Assembly: GCF_006345805.1 (NCBI RefSeq)
Contig: NC_042998.1
Span: 96,844,001-96,908,000 of the forward strand
DNA from: Octopus sinensis
Taxonomy: Eukaryota
Direction of reading: 5' to 3'
Length of the DNA: 64,000 nt
Position 1 is the first letter of the stretch. Every line of letters begins with the position of its first letter. Below the pieces are notes generated by a model. It saw nothing but the letters and a program-made list of their open reading frames with translations, was not told the origin of the DNA and did no database searches. Below, one piece after another: positions 10,910 to 23,840 of the stretch. A program made the position numbers and the translations under genes.

Positions 10910-11890
10910 ATTGTTAGAAGTATGTATGTGTGTCAAAATATGTGTCTGTCCGGCAATTCTTTCATGTGTATGAAAATAATTACGTGCATGCAGAATAAGT
11001 TTAGATTCATGTTGATAGTAAGTACATTTGTGTGTAAATAAACCAGACTGTAATCCTTTTAATCAAAATTTAACACCGAGGTTGAATTGTAATTCTCTGA
11101 AAATCTCTGGTATTAAGAGTTTCCTGGAGACGAACATTACACTGTTGTTTTGTCTTTGACTACTTTTTATCTGTGCCTTGACAAGTGGACCCACTTGATG
11201 AATGAGCGAAGGAAGAACTGATAAACATTCTGACAGCATCATCGCCACAACTTCTTGATACAGTATTTCAATTGCCATGTACAGTTTGACTACGAACTAG
11301 TATTTCTCATTCACGCATCTATGAACATTCGTCTAACTTCTCATTATAGACTCTCTCACCGTCCTCTTCATTGTTGTTCTAATATGTACTTAACGCACAC
11401 GCATACATCCATGCCTATAAACACATACACTTTGTTCTCATGATAGCCTGTCTATTATTCTGTATACATGACGCACACACAAACACACAAGTTAACATAT
11501 CAATAAATCTCCTCTCAGACATTCTATTCGGTTGAGTCTCTCTCTTTTCCAACTGGCACATTATATTTATTATTCCAGCCTTCTGAACTGAGTCGTTATT
11601 AGATGGTTTCACCACGTGAGACCACGACTATCTATAATGGTGACCACGACATGATAGGTCACAATACCATCTAAAAGACAAAGACTCCAACCCTGTAGAA
11701 GGAAGAGGACCTATCATGTTAATAACACGATTCTGAATTCGATCAAGTCAATACAATAAGAGGGAGCACCAGCCCAAAGATGACAGCAATATTCAATGCA
11801 AGGTAGAATGGTGGCCTTACAAAATGTTTTCAGGCGTCAGTAACTTGCGAACACGGGTAAGAGAGCCAACCTTCTTGGCAATAGACATAG
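10910..11890 (+). mobile_element. LTR followed by a tRNA-Trp-like PBS and a short degenerate internal stub
   Basis: 11270-11560 is homologous to the LTR-like element at 30334-31774; CTATA end followed by TGGTGACCACGAC at 11638-11650; 5' boundary approximate. Confidence 0.5.
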
Positions 11891-11896
11891 CAATGG

Positions 11897-12771
11897 CAGC
11901 GGCAGATGCAGAGGTGTTGCCCTAGTTGCCCGTGGAACACACTTTCTAGCCGAGCCGATATCAAAAATTCGGGACCAAGGCTTAAGAAGGATTAAATTAT
12001 GAAAATGCAAGCTTGAACTTTAATGATGGTTTTGTTGTTTTCATTGACTTGGATTATAAAGTGGCCATGTTATTAAGTTATGATACACATGTGTAGTCTG
12101 CCACTACTTTCCATAGGTAAATTAATACTCACTGCAGTCAGTGCTGGATTAAGGCCCATAGAGGCCCTAAGCACTTAAAAGGTTTTGGTGCTCTTAAGTA
12201 TACGTAAATGGTTCAAAATGTAAACAATAATAAACCATAAAAATCAATTTTTATTTTCCGAAATGAAACAAAATTAACAGTAGGATGGAAAATAAAGTTT
12301 ATTTTTGTCTGCTTCCACTTTATTTATATTCAAAAGTTTTCTCCTTGGTGTTCTTTTTAATTGCAAAGTCTGCGATGATATTGTTAAAACTAATTTTAAG
12401 TAAAACTTCTGCTTCTCTACTTAGTAGAGATAAGGCATTACGAATATTATTTTAGCAAGTTTAAAGTGATTTCTTTTGTGCTGTAAACCATTTTCATTTC
12501 TGTGGTACCCCACTTCCTTTGATGCCCTAAGCACGTGCTTATTTTGCTTAATGGTTAATCCAGCGCTGACTGCACTGTTGCAATATAATAACATTGTTAT
12601 TATATCTGCAGTGGTTTCACAGCATTACTGTTTCATATGCTTATGGTCTGCTACAACTAAGTTAGAATACATAAAAACGTGTCCATTTGTTACGAATTGC
12701 GATTCCCACCTTACAACTTTTTTTTCGAAACTTTTGGGCAACGCCCAAAAAAAATCAACGATCTTCCCCTG
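11897..12771. mobile_element. hAT-type non-autonomous element interrupted by a second hAT element
   Basis: Ends CAGCGGCAGATGCAG / GATCTTCCCCTG; both halves match the shorter relative at 55164-55413. Confidence 0.6.
12139..12568 (-). mobile_element. Nested hAT non-autonomous element
   Basis: TIR CAGTGCTGGATTAA / TTAATCCAGCGCTG; 8-bp TSD ACTGCAGT/ACTGCACT; retains a hAT dimerisation-domain-like stretch ALSLLSREAEVLLKISFNNIIADFA. Confidence 0.8.
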
Positions 12772-12779
12772 GATGGACT

Positions 12780-13200
12780 GAACATATTTGTTCCAAATTT
12801 CAAAGAGAGCATCCTGTGGGAAGACAGAAATTTAAGAAACTCGTTCAGTGAGCTCAAAATGTATAACATTGGGTCGATTAAACATTTTGTACTGTGGAAA
12901 TCTGCCTTCAGTCCGTCCAAATTCAGTCAATCCATCTCTGCCAGAAATTTTATATTCAATGTTTCAAAAAAAAAAAATAATAATAAACTCTTGGTTTTGA
13001 TATTACGATGGGAAAGGTGCTTCATAATATAACATTTTTTCTGCCAAAATGCTGTGTCAGAGCTCTGAACAAATCTGGAATGAAGTCAAAACAGAAAATA
13101 TGGAAAATACGAAGAATCTCTTAACATCCTACCAAAAAATCTTATTGCACTTTGTGAAATATAATAATATATCGACATCAACTTGAAATTACTCATAAAT
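12780..13200 (-). mobile_element. Possible degenerate hAT transposase C-terminal-half remnant
   Basis: Broken frames FQVDVDILL...KRFFVFSIFSVLTSF and SSLNEFLKFLSSHRMLSL resemble hAT transposase. Confidence 0.35.
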
Positions 13201-13555
13201 GAAATAAGGTCTAGGAATACACATATACACATGCATACATGCAAGCACCACACATAGATACACACGCATACATACATACATACATACATACATACATACA
13301 TACATACATACATACATACATACATACATACATACACACACACACATAATGTACTCACTAACATCGTCCTGTTTTTTATATAAAAATAATAAACACATAA
13401 AAACTAATATGAAGCAGAAAAGCAAAAATGAGTCTAAATCATTTATCAAAACATTATTAAACTAATAATTTTTTTAACGATTCTTTGTTACATCGTTTTC
13501 CGAGTTGAGTCTCACGTCTTGGAAACATTTACCGACATAAGTTGAGGCTTAACTG

Positions 13556-13716
<161 letters not shown>

Positions 13717-13871
13717 GCGCTGTAAAGTGCAACACGTTACCAGAGGTAGAAAGTTCCACGCTGCATTCCTATACCCAACGCATCTCAGATAAAGGCCATC
13801 TCACCTCCGGATAGCTTCATTATACCCACTTACCTCAAAATAATTGTTGGCCTTGTGCCAAAACTTAGAAA

Positions 13872-13955
<84 letters not shown>
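13872..13955. repeat. (CAT)n(TAT)n compound microsatellite
   Basis: Direct reading. Confidence 0.95.
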
Positions 13956-13959
13956 GTAT

Positions 13960-14635
13960 GCATATCTAAGTAGGCAATCTGGCAGACTCGTTAGCACACC
14001 GAGCAAAATGCTTAGCGGCATTTTTTTACGTTCTGAGTTCAAATTCTGCCGAGGTCGACTTTGCCTTTCATCCTTTCGTGGTCGATGAGATAAGTACCAG
14101 TTACGCATTGGGATCGATGTAATCGACTAGCCACCTCCCCGCAAATTTCAGGCCTTGTGCTTTTAGTAGAAAAGATTATTATGCATGCATGTAAAGGTGG
14201 CAAGCTAGCAGAAACGTTAGCACACCGAGCGAAATACATAGCGGTATTTCGTCTGTCTTCATGTTCTGAGTTCAAAATCCGTTTTAAGGTCGACCTTGCT
14301 TATCATCCTTTTGAGGTCGATAAAATAAGTACCAGTTGAGTCCTGGGTGGGGGGCATGTAATCGACTACCCCCTCCCTCAAACTTCTGGCTTTGTGTCTA
14401 TAATAGAAAGGACTATAATGCATGCATATTATGGCGGTAAGCTGGCAGAATCGTTACCGCACCGATCAAAATTTTAAGCGGAGTTTCTTCTGAATTCACG
14501 TTCTGAGTTCAAAAGCCGCCGATATCGACTTTGCCTTTCATCTTTTCGGAGCCGGTAAAATAATTACCAGTCGAGCACTGAGTTCGATCATATCAACTAA
14601 AATTGTTGGCTTTGTGACAAAATTTGAAACCATTG
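13960..14635 (+). mobile_element. Head-to-tail array of three SINE family B units
   Basis: Three consecutive family B copies, each with its own head and tail. Confidence 0.85.
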
Positions 14636-14669
14636 TGCATGCATATTTCATTCAGTTCTCAATATACAT

Positions 14670-15715
14670 TAGCATTAATTTACAGCAACATCCTCCCTTC
14701 TCCAACATGGACCAGTTCCAACAAGGAGTTGGATGAAGCTCTCCAACACTGTAGAGAACTGGGCTAGTCTGCTCCTTAGAAGGTGAGGGACTGTCGGAGT
14801 CAGAGTGCTTGGAACAACATAATTTCGAAGGCTATCTTCGACACCCTTTTCATCCAGTCGGACCAGTTTTAAAGGTGCCGCTTACTGTCTGCTAGCGCCA
14901 AATACTCAGGTGACTGGATTGACGCCGTCCTTGTGGCTAATGTTGGTGGCCTACTCAGCTTGGACGAACTGCGTGTCTCCAGCACCCTCAGAGTGGGAAC
15001 TAACGTATGCACGGGTTTGATCTGTCGTTGTAGCAGGCTCCTCGACTCCACAGCCTTTCTTGCCGCTAGAATGCTGATCGCTTCGCGCGTCATACGGAGT
15101 TGAACCTGATACTCAAGAGGAGCTTGGCCCGGGCAAACATCACCTCCATCTTGGAACCATCTGGATTGTCCAGATGTGATGAGAAGAGACCTGACGGCCT
15201 CACCCTGTGACCCTGGTCGCAAAGCAAATGCCTTGTCTGGGATGTTACAGTTAGCGACTCCTTTGCTTCTTCTCACATCCTGGATGCTACGGTCAGGACG
15301 AGATCCACAGTCAGTGCGAGATCCTGAAATACAGCGATCTGTCGGCCAACTGCATTTTCCATCCTGTGGCGTTCGAGACTTTTGGTGAGGTCGGACCACT
15401 AACTGCGAGATTCCTGTCTTCACTGGCAACTCGCCTTGCAGAGGTAACTGGTAAGGCGTGTGAGGGCGCTTAACTGTTTCAGCGCATCAGCCTCGCCATC
15501 ACCCGCGGCAACGCTGCAAGCGTGCTGGCGTGTCTCAATAGCCATTAGAGTTGTTCCCCAGCGCCCCCAACTTTTCAACTCAAAGTGGTGAATTGTTTGG
15601 GTTATTTTTCTTTTTAATTTTTTCAGTTGTGTTCTCCGTTTTGTCCAGATTTCTAGTTTGATTTTGTAAAACGGTAAACATTAGAAGAAAATTCTCCGGT
15701 AATTTTCTTTCATAT
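14670..15715 (+). mobile_element. CRE-clade non-LTR retrotransposon 3' fragment (zinc finger, RLE and 3' UTR), degenerate
   Basis: RLLSASAKYSGDWIDA..LRVGTNVC..ICRC..RHTELNLILKRSLARANITSILEPSGLSRCDEKRPDGLTL..WDVTVSDSFA..KYSDL..FHPVAFETFG..LFQRISLAITRGNAASVL. Confidence 0.85.
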
Positions 15716-16395
15716 AAAATTTACGGTATTCTATACAGTAAAAGAGAATCAGTTTTCTGGTTGAAAATTAGGAGATGAATGTGTTACACTGAGTATTTAT
15801 GTGAAAAATGAAGTAAGGTAATGATGAGAACCGGTTAAGAGTGACTGCACGCATGAGTTCCGACTCCTGCAGTCTTATGCAGTGTGGAGGGAGCGGAGTT
15901 AAGTTGACTGCATTTTATTATTCATTGCTAACTCTATAAACCTTACTGCCTTGCAGGCATTAAGTATAATTTGATATGTTTAGATATTCTGAATATATAA
16001 TGTACCATTAATAATGTATTCGACTTTGAGACAAAGCAGAAGTACACGACACCAGAGAAGTAATTACGGCGTGCATAATAAGCCATGAAGTCCCGTCTGC
16101 GGGTAACTCTGCCAAAAATGTAATGCCAGCATCAATATCAACGAGTTTACTGTGTGTAGCAAAGATGACGAAGCAGATGTTCTACTATTCCACTGCTTCA
16201 AATATCATACTACAGCTTTAATGTTATGGGTATCATATTTTGTTTAGTGATACCATTGAACCAGGCCTCATCCTCGTAATGAACTCATTTCCATCCTAGT
16301 TATTATACTTACTGAAGTTAAGGCAGAGTTGAGCTGCAGTTCGTTCACACCGGATTGCGAATATCTGTTGTTAAAGTCTTATACACGCGCGCGCG

Positions 16396-16518
16396 CGAGG
16401 GGTGGGGGTGAAAGGTTCTTGGCTTTGGGTAAAAAGAAAAATACGGGAAGACATATTGCAGCAGTCCTTCAGTTTTTCTAAGCACTCTTAAAGCCAGGAA
16501 CTTTTCAGTAACCCCTTG
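16396..16518. mobile_element. Mariner-type MITE
   Basis: Degenerate TIRs CGAGGGG..GAAAGGTTCTTGGCTTT / AAAGCCAGGAACTTTTCAGTAACCCCTTG-TA; same family as 57540-57738. Confidence 0.65.
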
Positions 16519-16582
16519 TATACACGCATGCGCGCACACAGGCACACACAGATACATACATACATACATACATACATACATG

Positions 16583-16649
<67 letters not shown>

Positions 16650-17640
16650 TGTGTGTGCGCGTGTGTGTGTGTGCGTGTGTGTGTGTATAGTTATCTTTTG
16701 TGGTAGGAATTTTCCATGTAAACATTTTTTACCGAAATAATTTTTATTGTCAGATATTTTCGCCGTATTATTTCAAAAATACAAATAATGGTATCTTATT
16801 TGATTCGTATCCAGTTCGTTAGAAACAAAACACATTTTTCCTCATATTAGAAGGAGAAAGAAAAAAACAATTACAGTCATAACGTGGGTGGTTGAAGTTT
16901 TGGATAGCTTTCACTAACTCATAGGAAAGTAAAAGTGCATGGAATTGAAATGAGGGCAAAAATGTGAAAAAAAAATTGAAGCTTCTGGGAAAAGTTTCTT
17001 TCAGAATCGTAAATCCCGTTGTAGGAAACACGGGAATACTAAAAAGAAAAGGGGGGGGGGGAAGCATCCAATTCTTTGCCTTTGTTCTTCCCCGTGAAGT
17101 AATGGAAGGTCTTCCAAAACTCCGCTATGTGAATTATGGACATAAGCGTACGTTTGCATAGGTACTTCCGTTCCCAGTCAGTTTCTTTACATTTGTTCTA
17201 TAATCAGTATCTTAACAATATATGTAAGCATGTCGTATTTTATCTTGCCTCGTATCTAGAACGGTAGCGACGGCGACAGATATTTGTGATTACTGCTTGT
17301 TTATCTATCATCGACCAACAAGCGAGAATTACAAGGACGTGTTGTGAATCGATAAACCTCATTTATAGGCGACAAAACAGTGAGAAATAATGCATTGTGA
17401 AAAGTTACGTGATAAAATATATTATAAGAATTGCAAACTGAAATAAACAGCATAATTCTTGAATTGTGGTATAGCTACAGGAGTGTTCCCACAGGCTCCG
17501 TAGAATCTTGTAAGTAAAGCTACAATGACGCAAATTGAAACGTCTAAGACTGGGGTCTCAAAACTTCCTTTTTTTTAAAACGAATCTCTATTAGCCTTTG
17601 CTGTGCCTACTGAGTTTGATGTACACACATGTACCCCTTC

Positions 17641-17690
<50 letters not shown>

Positions 17691-17944
17691 AATACAGTTG
17701 TTATATATGGGGGCGGTCGTCTTTTGCCAATTAAACACATGCACTATTTATTTGATCTTCATTTTAGCTTTACTATTATTATTATTTGTTTATGTGTCTG
17801 AATTCTTTCGTCACACATCATGTAATCTCTTCAACGAATTTCCGTCCTTTGCGTCTCCTCTGGTCTTGGCTTGTCTATTCCTTCTTTTCTTTATATAAAT
17901 ATATATAGAGAGAGAGAGGGGAGAGGGAGGGAGAGAGAGAGCAG

Positions 17945-18185
17945 TTGTATACTGTCAAGTTAACGTGACAGTCCCATAAAGGGAATCACCACACCGCTAT
18001 TTAGCCCTAGGAAGCATCAACGCTTCCTGTCGGCCTTGACACATTTCCTGTGTCCTTATGTTTACAAAGGGGAAGACAAGCACCCCATCCAGCTAAGCCC
18101 GCATCCAGAGACATGTTTCTGAGTCTTTGCTCGTCATCAGTCTGGAGTAGCATGGCCTACTAGCAGAAGATACCTGTCTAGACCT
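17945..18185 (-). mobile_element. Probable Penelope-like non-autonomous element with a minimal HHR
   Basis: GC-richer 240-bp segment containing the HHR at 18104-18146; boundaries approximate. Confidence 0.5.
18104..18146 (-). ncRNA. Minimal type I hammerhead ribozyme
   Basis: TCCAGA-CTGATGA-cGAGcaaagaCTCa-GAAA-CATG-TC^-TCTGGA: perfect 6-bp stem I, palindromic stem III ACATGT, C/A mismatch at the base of stem II. Confidence 0.65.
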
Positions 18186-18633
18186 TATAAAAATATATTT
18201 ATATATATTTTTTCAGTGAAGTAAATTCACTGATCACCTACCTACATATATATGTCAAAAAGGACGTCAAAAAGACGTGAACAAAATGAGAAACGAAAGC
18301 ATAAAAACGAGAAACTGACGTATAGACATCAATTTATATGAATTTTGTACAATATCAAATTCCTTGTTCCTACAGCTGTTTCCATGCCCAATTAATTCAA
18401 TTTGAGGAATTAAATTACATTAATTTAAATTAAATTAAATTTTCATATTCAATATCATTAACTGGGTATTTCTTTGGGGACAGAATTTGATAAAATAAGG
18501 AGCTACACTCAATGTGTTGATTGACCCTTGTTCCACTCAGATATGTGCGTTTTAGCAGTGCTAAAATACACATATCTGAGTCGATCAAGGGACAACCATG
18601 TGTGTGTGTGTGTGTGTATGTGTGTGTGCGTGT

Positions 18634-18666
<33 letters not shown>

Positions 18667-19118
18667 GTGTGTGTGTGTGTGTGTGTGTGTTTGTATGTAT
18701 AATTATGTGAGGCATTTATCAATATAATCACATGTTGAAAATAAGCATTTTTCTTCTAATCCCAAACTTTTCCAATTCTATTTTAACCTCAAAGGTTGTC
18801 TTCGTGTATTACCTTTTAAAATCAATTTAAAGTTTTTGTATCATTTAAACATGATTCGATTTGTTTCAAAATCCATTCATTACTTTCTAGTCGAGACGAT
18901 TTTGGATCAGTGTCGAAACGTAACTATATTTTAAATTTGAAGGCATTTCCCGCTGGATGCGAACATAAGAAATAATTCTGGTTCTGGATTTGGGAAAAAG
19001 GAAAACGATGCAATAAATTTAATGCTGAACGTGATCATGAAATCTTATTAATATTTCTTCCAATAAAAATATAATAGATTAAATCATTAAAAATTTGTTT
19101 GTACATCCATGTCAATAC

Positions 19119-19241
19119 CTTTTTATTTGATGTTACTCTTCGACATGAATCGGTTTTCACAGAAACAGATAAATCATTAAATGAAACTGATATCATGAGT
19201 GATTTGTAGCAGATAGCAGATGACATTTCTGAAATTCGAAC
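19119..19241 (-). CDS. Candidate internal exon (VRISEMSSAICYKSLMISVSFNDLSVSVKTDSCRRVTSNKK), possibly from the gene ending at 4688
   Basis: Acceptor ttttagcactacag, 123 nt open in phase 0/0, donor AAG|gtattg; no recognisable domain. Confidence 0.35.
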
Positions 19242-19284
19242 CTGTAGTGCTAAAACTGCTGTCGGATAATATTACTATATTTAG

Positions 19285-20085
19285 TAATATTTCTTTCTAC
19301 TATAGGTATAAGATCTGAAATTTGGCAGTGAGGAGGGCTAATCGATTACATCGGCCCCAGAGTGCAACTGGTTCTTATTTTATAGGCTCCGAAAGGATGA
19401 AAGGCAAAGTCGACTTCGGCGAAATCTGAACTCGAAACGTAAAGACAGACGAAATGCTGCTAAGTATTTTGACTGGCGTGCTTGCAATTCTTTTCTACTC
19501 TAGGCACAAGGCCTGAAATTTGGGGTGGGGCAGTCGATTATCAGTACGCAACTGATACTTGATGAAAGGCAAAGTCGACCTCGGCGGAATTTGAACTCTG
19601 AGCGTAAAGACAGGCGAAATACCCATTTCTTTACTACCAACAAGGGGCTAAACACAGAGGGGTCAAACAAGGACAGACACACGGATTAAGTCGATTATAT
19701 CTACCCCAGTGCGTAACTGGCACTTATTTAATCGACCCCGTAAGGATGAAAGGCAAAGTCGACCTCGGCGGAATTTGAACTCAGAACATAGCGACAGACG
19801 AAATACCGCTAGGCATTTCGCCCGACGTGCTAACGATTCTGCCTCACTATATTTAATAATACTGGTTTCAAATTTTGGCACAAGGCCGGCAGTTTCGGGG
19901 GTGGGAGAGGGATAAGTCGATTACATCTACCCTAGTGTTCAACTGGTACTTATTTCATTGACGTCGAAAGGATGAAAGGCAAAATTGACCTCGGCGGATT
20001 TGAACTCAAAACACAATGACGGAAGAAATACCGGTAAGCATTTTGCGCGGCGCGGTAACGATTCTGTCAGCTCGCCGCCTTATTC
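19285..20085 (-). mobile_element. Head-to-tail array of about four SINE family B units
   Basis: Repeated GATGAAAGGCAAAGTCGACCTCGGCGGAATTTGAACTC. Confidence 0.85.
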
Positions 20086-21601
20086 TGTGCTATTAAGAAA
20101 CATTTCAGCTCTTATCCTTTGACAATTCATTATTTTTGATTCAGACATAAAAAGTATTTAACAACTTGTACAGTGTCTGTCAAAGATATACATAATCTTA
20201 TAAATAAACATTATTAATGATGATTGTGCTTTCTCTTAATATTTCATAATATTAATATAACATAACCTACTGGTCAAATGACTGATATGCATATAGCCAA
20301 TACTACAAAAAAATTTCCGCAGCTCAGTGATTCGAAAAGCAGTTTATATCTCTGTTTGCTGGAGATCAAATAACTGGTGACAGGGAGTGGTTTTCTTGGG
20401 GGTTTTTTCCTTCTTAACAGATTAAAGCAATTATCTATGAATTACAAAGAACATTTTAAACAGTTTAAAGAAAGTGTTTCTAAACAATTGATTTTTTACG
20501 TGTTATATTTTCTTTTTGTTTGTTTAAATCCTTTTTGCTTTTCAATGTATTTCAGTAGAAGCTTCGTACGAAATATATTGGTGGATTTAGTTGATCTGCT
20601 ATTTCAGTTTAAATACTGTTAAAGTCGACTTCGCCTTTCCTTCTTCCGATGTTGATAATGTGAGTGCATTTATCCTTGTTTATCATGTTGTAAGGTCAGG
20701 AAAATCCTGCTGCCCAATACAACCTGTTTCATGATAGGTGATTGGTAACTAAACCGGCTCTCCGACCTGGCTTGTTAGGTGAGGAGAGTGTTCTGGACAC
20801 TTTGCAGTACTAAAAACGGGACCTGTCAAAAGACAGATAATCTCATTCTGAGTCAACAAACATCCACATAAGTGGTGTCTCATAAAACCTTTCTGCATGT
20901 CGGCTGAAAAACCTTGCAGCTGATCCAAAACCGTAGCCACGAAAACTTCAATGAAAGACAGACTGTAAAGCCGATATTCATGAGTGATATGGCGTAGAGC
21001 GAGAAAATTTTTGTTTATCGTAAGTGTTAAGTAAAGGAGAAAAGAAAAACGCGTTTAATGAATCAGTACTAAATGAAAAATAGAACATAGGCTCCGAAAG
21101 GATAGAAGGCAAAGTCGACTTCAGCGAAATTTGAACTCAGAACGTAAAGACGGACGAAATGCTGCTAAATAGAACATATGGATAGTTGCTGAGAAACACT
21201 TTCGGGATCCAAACAAAATCTTTAACAGATCATGGACCGTATTATCACAGATCAACTCGTGATAAGTGTTACATGGTTCACAAATGAGCGTACAGTATTA
21301 CCTGGATCAGTGATGATCGAAGATAGATGTATCAAACAAGTTCTAGATTCAATACAATCGACAATTTCCCTCCCACGACATCTGTAGCCTTATTGTGAGA
21401 AATCAATAGTTTACAATTGTTTTCAAGTTACTGAAAAAAGCAGCTTGTAGATGTGCATATGCATTATATACATCGATTTAGAATATGATATTGAATGTAA
21501 ATGACAATAAGAACAATAACAATTTCTACATACAAGCTCAGTCCTGCTATAATCTGTTTGAGGAATTCTTAATTGAACTTCAATTTAATGTAAGTATACA
21601 T

Positions 21602-21700
<99 letters not shown>

Positions 21701-21703
21701 AAT

Positions 21704-21890
21704 AGGGAGAGTTTACGAAAAAACAAAAGATGAAGACAGGTGGTGTACAAAACAAACAGATGTATTAGTATAACGCTCAGGAATAGAAAAAGTCTTTTAC
21801 GTTTCGAGCCTACGCTCTTCTACAGAAAGGGACACAGAAAAAAAAAACGAGGAGAGAAAAAAATGTGTGTAGTGGCTAACGATCTATCAT
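21704..21890 (-). mobile_element. Short Penelope-like repeat with an HHR-like motif; second copy at 61412-61580
   Basis: Two near-identical copies; CTTT-CTGTAGA-A-GAGCgtagGCTC-GAAA-CG-TA-AAAG at 21792-21833. Confidence 0.55.
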
Positions 21891-21899
21891 ATATATATA

Positions 21900-22212
21900 G
21901 TGGAGGCACATAGCCTAGTGGTTAGAGCAGCGGACTCGCGGTCGAGGGATCGCGGGTTCGAATCTCAGACCGAATCTCAGATGTGTGTGTTTATGAACGA
22001 AAACACCTAAGCTCCACACGGCTCCGGCAGAAGGTAATGACGAACTTCTGCTGACTCTTTCGCCACAACTTTCTCTCATTCTTTCCTCCTGCATCTTGCA
22101 GCTCACCTGCGACGGACCGGCGCCCCGTCCAGGTGGGGAACCTATACGCCAAGGAAACCGGGATAACCGGTCCTATGAGCCAGGGATGGCTCGAGAAGGA
22201 ACAAATAACAAT
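21900..22212 (+). mobile_element. tRNA-derived SINE family C; 5' partial copy at 22529-22725
   Basis: A box TAGCCTAGTGG, B box GGTTCGAATC, tRNA-like head followed by a non-tRNA body. Confidence 0.8.
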
Positions 22213-23055
22213 ACATATATATACGTACATACACACGCGCACACACGTGCATACACATACACGCATATACACACACAGATGCACACACGGACACGTGTAT
22301 GTGTATATGTATGTATATATTTAGAATAGTGAAAAAGCAAAGATTTCACAGATGGTTCATAATTTCATTTTAAACTCTATAGTTGCTTCAGCTGTAAAAG
22401 TACAAGCGCCATTGTTCGTATAATTAACTAATATATAAAAATTAATTAATCTAAATGTGGACAAAACATTTCATCAGGAAATATCTGTACTTATGCATGT
22501 GTGCATGCATGTTTTAAATCAATTGAGCGTGGAGGCGCAATGGTCCAGTGGTTAGGGCAGCGGACTCGCGGTCGTAAGAACGCGGTTTCGATTCCCAGAC
22601 ATTGTGAGTGTTTATTGAGCAAAAACACCTAAGCTCCATGAGGTTCCAGCGAGGTGGGGGGAGTGAACCCCGCTGTACTCTTTCACCACAACTTTGTCTC
22701 ACTCTTTCTTCCTACTTCTGCCACAAAGCAGAGGAACCATGGTGTAACCCACTATGGTGTGGTAAACTTTCAGACCCTAGTCTAGATTGCGAATCCTCTG
22801 TACCCCAGGATGGTTCAGCTCGCCACCCGTTAAAAGCCACCGTTTACGGGATGAGGATAACGACGTAGCTTTCTCGCCCATGCAACCGCCGGTCTATCGC
22901 GTGTGGTTGGTGAATCTTCAAGTTACCACATGCATTCTTAGTAGCTTAGAGTAGGCTCGAATTAGTCCTGACTGGAAGAATAAGAAGAAGAGGTTGACTG
23001 AGTTGGAAGAGAGTAATGACAACTAATGTATTTTTAAAATTAAATTTAAACATAG

Positions 23056-23219
23056 GTGAAGGAGCGACTGTGTGGTAAATAGACTGCTTACGAACCATAT
23101 GGTTCCAGGTTCAGTCTCACTGCATGGCACCTTGGGCAAGTGTCTTCTACTATAGCCTCGGGCCGACCAATGCCTTGTGAGTGGATTTGGTAGACGAAAA
23201 CTGAAGGAATCCCGTCATT

Positions 23220-23268
<49 letters not shown>

Positions 23269-23497
23269 GTGTGTGTGTCTGTGTCTGTGTTTGTGTTTGT
23301 CTCCCCCCCCCCAACATCGCTTGACAACCGAAATGGTGTGTTTACGTCCCGGTAACTTAGCGGTTCGGCAAAAGATGTCGATAAGATAAGTACTAGGCTT
23401 ACAAAGAATAAGTCATGGGGTCGATTTGCTCGACTAAAGGCGGTGCTCCAGCATAGCCACGGTCAAATGACTGAAACAAGTAAAAGAGTAAAAGAGA
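23056..23497 (+). mobile_element. SINE family A, full length
   Basis: Head, core, internal (TG)n and TAAAAGAG tail all present. Confidence 0.9.
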
Positions 23498-23637
23498 TAT
23501 TTCACATTTAACTCATAAATATAGAGTTTCGGCTATTGACTATCAGATCCTCTGAGAGAAAATCTGCCCGGCAGAAAGAGGTTACTTTCGGGGCTCAACT
23601 GGTAAGAAGATAGGGCCCATTCTCGTCAGAAACTCAC

Positions 23638-23840
23638 GGAAACCCTTTTTGAATTGGGTTCTGCTTTGGATTTCCGCGCCCTAGATTTATATACCAGCTG
23701 AACACCATTCTCATAGACCTTGTTGACCGTTGACAAGTGATTCCCTAACTGAGATGAGGAGCGCAATTCCCTAAAAAGGCCGACAATTGGCAAGAAAAAT
23801 GATCCATTTTGTTTCAACAGTGAAAGTCAAAGTCTTTCAC
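23638..23840 (-). other. Exon-like segment with strong splice signals (5' UTR or non-coding exon?)
   Basis: Acceptor tttcttttttatttttcaag|G and donor TCC|gtgagt; no frame is open end to end. Confidence 0.3.

Noticed and set aside
21900-21975. tRNA gene
   Set aside because: Has A/B boxes but no closing acceptor stem and continues into a SINE body; it is a SINE head
23560-23630. Hammerhead-like CTGACGA...GAAA on the minus strand
   Set aside because: No stem I complement after the putative cleavage site
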